A stretch of DNA of 64,000 nucleotides, taken from Carcharhinus amblyrhynchos. Lineage: Eukaryota. Under the pieces are notes generated by a model. It had not been told where the DNA came from. It was given only the letters and a program-made list of their open reading frames with translations, and made no database searches. Both the position numbers and the translations under genes were made by a program. This document shows positions 63,601 to 64,000 of the stretch, one piece after another. Position 1 is the first letter of the stretch. Every line of letters starts with the position of its first letter. The stretch covers positions 61,628,001-61,692,000 of the forward strand of contig OZ336885.1 of NCBI GenBank assembly GCA_965287045.1. Direction: 5' to 3'.

Positions 63601-64000
63601 GTTCACAGAATACTGTAGTAAAGGGGCTCTGGACCTTGGCCGAGTCTCAGAGGGCGAGGACTGAGGGTTGACACATCACAGGACAGATGCATCGAGGTCT
63701 CCAGGACTGACAGAATCAGTTGACGCTGGAGCTTCTGGAGCTAAGTCCAGCTACCCTGGCATCTCATTTAGTGCCCCTTTGGTCTCTGGGCATCCCAATG
63801 GGGGAGGAATGGTTTGAGTGCATGCCGGGATCTTCGATGAGATCCCAGATATGCCAATTCCTTCTGTTTCCCTGCTCACCCCTCTCCCCATCTCCCCCTC
63901 CCCCCCCCCCCCCCCCCACCAAACCCCTACGTTCTCACACTGGATCATCTCAGGGCCAGCGAGATGAACAGGGTGGTACCAAAACAGTGTCATCCACGAG

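Noticed and set aside
1-64000. CRISPR arrays, rRNA, true tRNA genes or prokaryotic operons
   Set aside because: None seen; the tRNA-like A/B boxes belong to SINE heads, and the sequence is vertebrate intronic DNA.

Overview
Vertebrate nuclear DNA, most likely from a cartilaginous fish: it carries HER1/CR1-type LINEs, HE1-type tRNA SINEs and a Deu-domain SacSINE1-type SINE. The ORF track is almost all transposon debris or chance ORFs. Reading splice signals on the minus strand shows that most of the window lies inside one large gene. That gene is built from 36-nt and 27-nt phase-1 micro-exons: about 17 intact copies, one split by a young CR1, and several decayed copies. Each 36+27 pair encodes 21 aa, or three coiled-coil heptads. 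No identifying domain lies in the window. Its introns hold (i) a 2.84-kb retro-insertion of a partly spliced coronin-2A pre-mRNA ending in a CR1 3' end, (ii) a two-LTR non-coding ERV-like element nested in an old LINE and itself hit by a young CR1, and (iii) Penelope, CR1, SINE and Harbinger-like remnants. All exon calls were made by eye and need RNA-seq confirmation.
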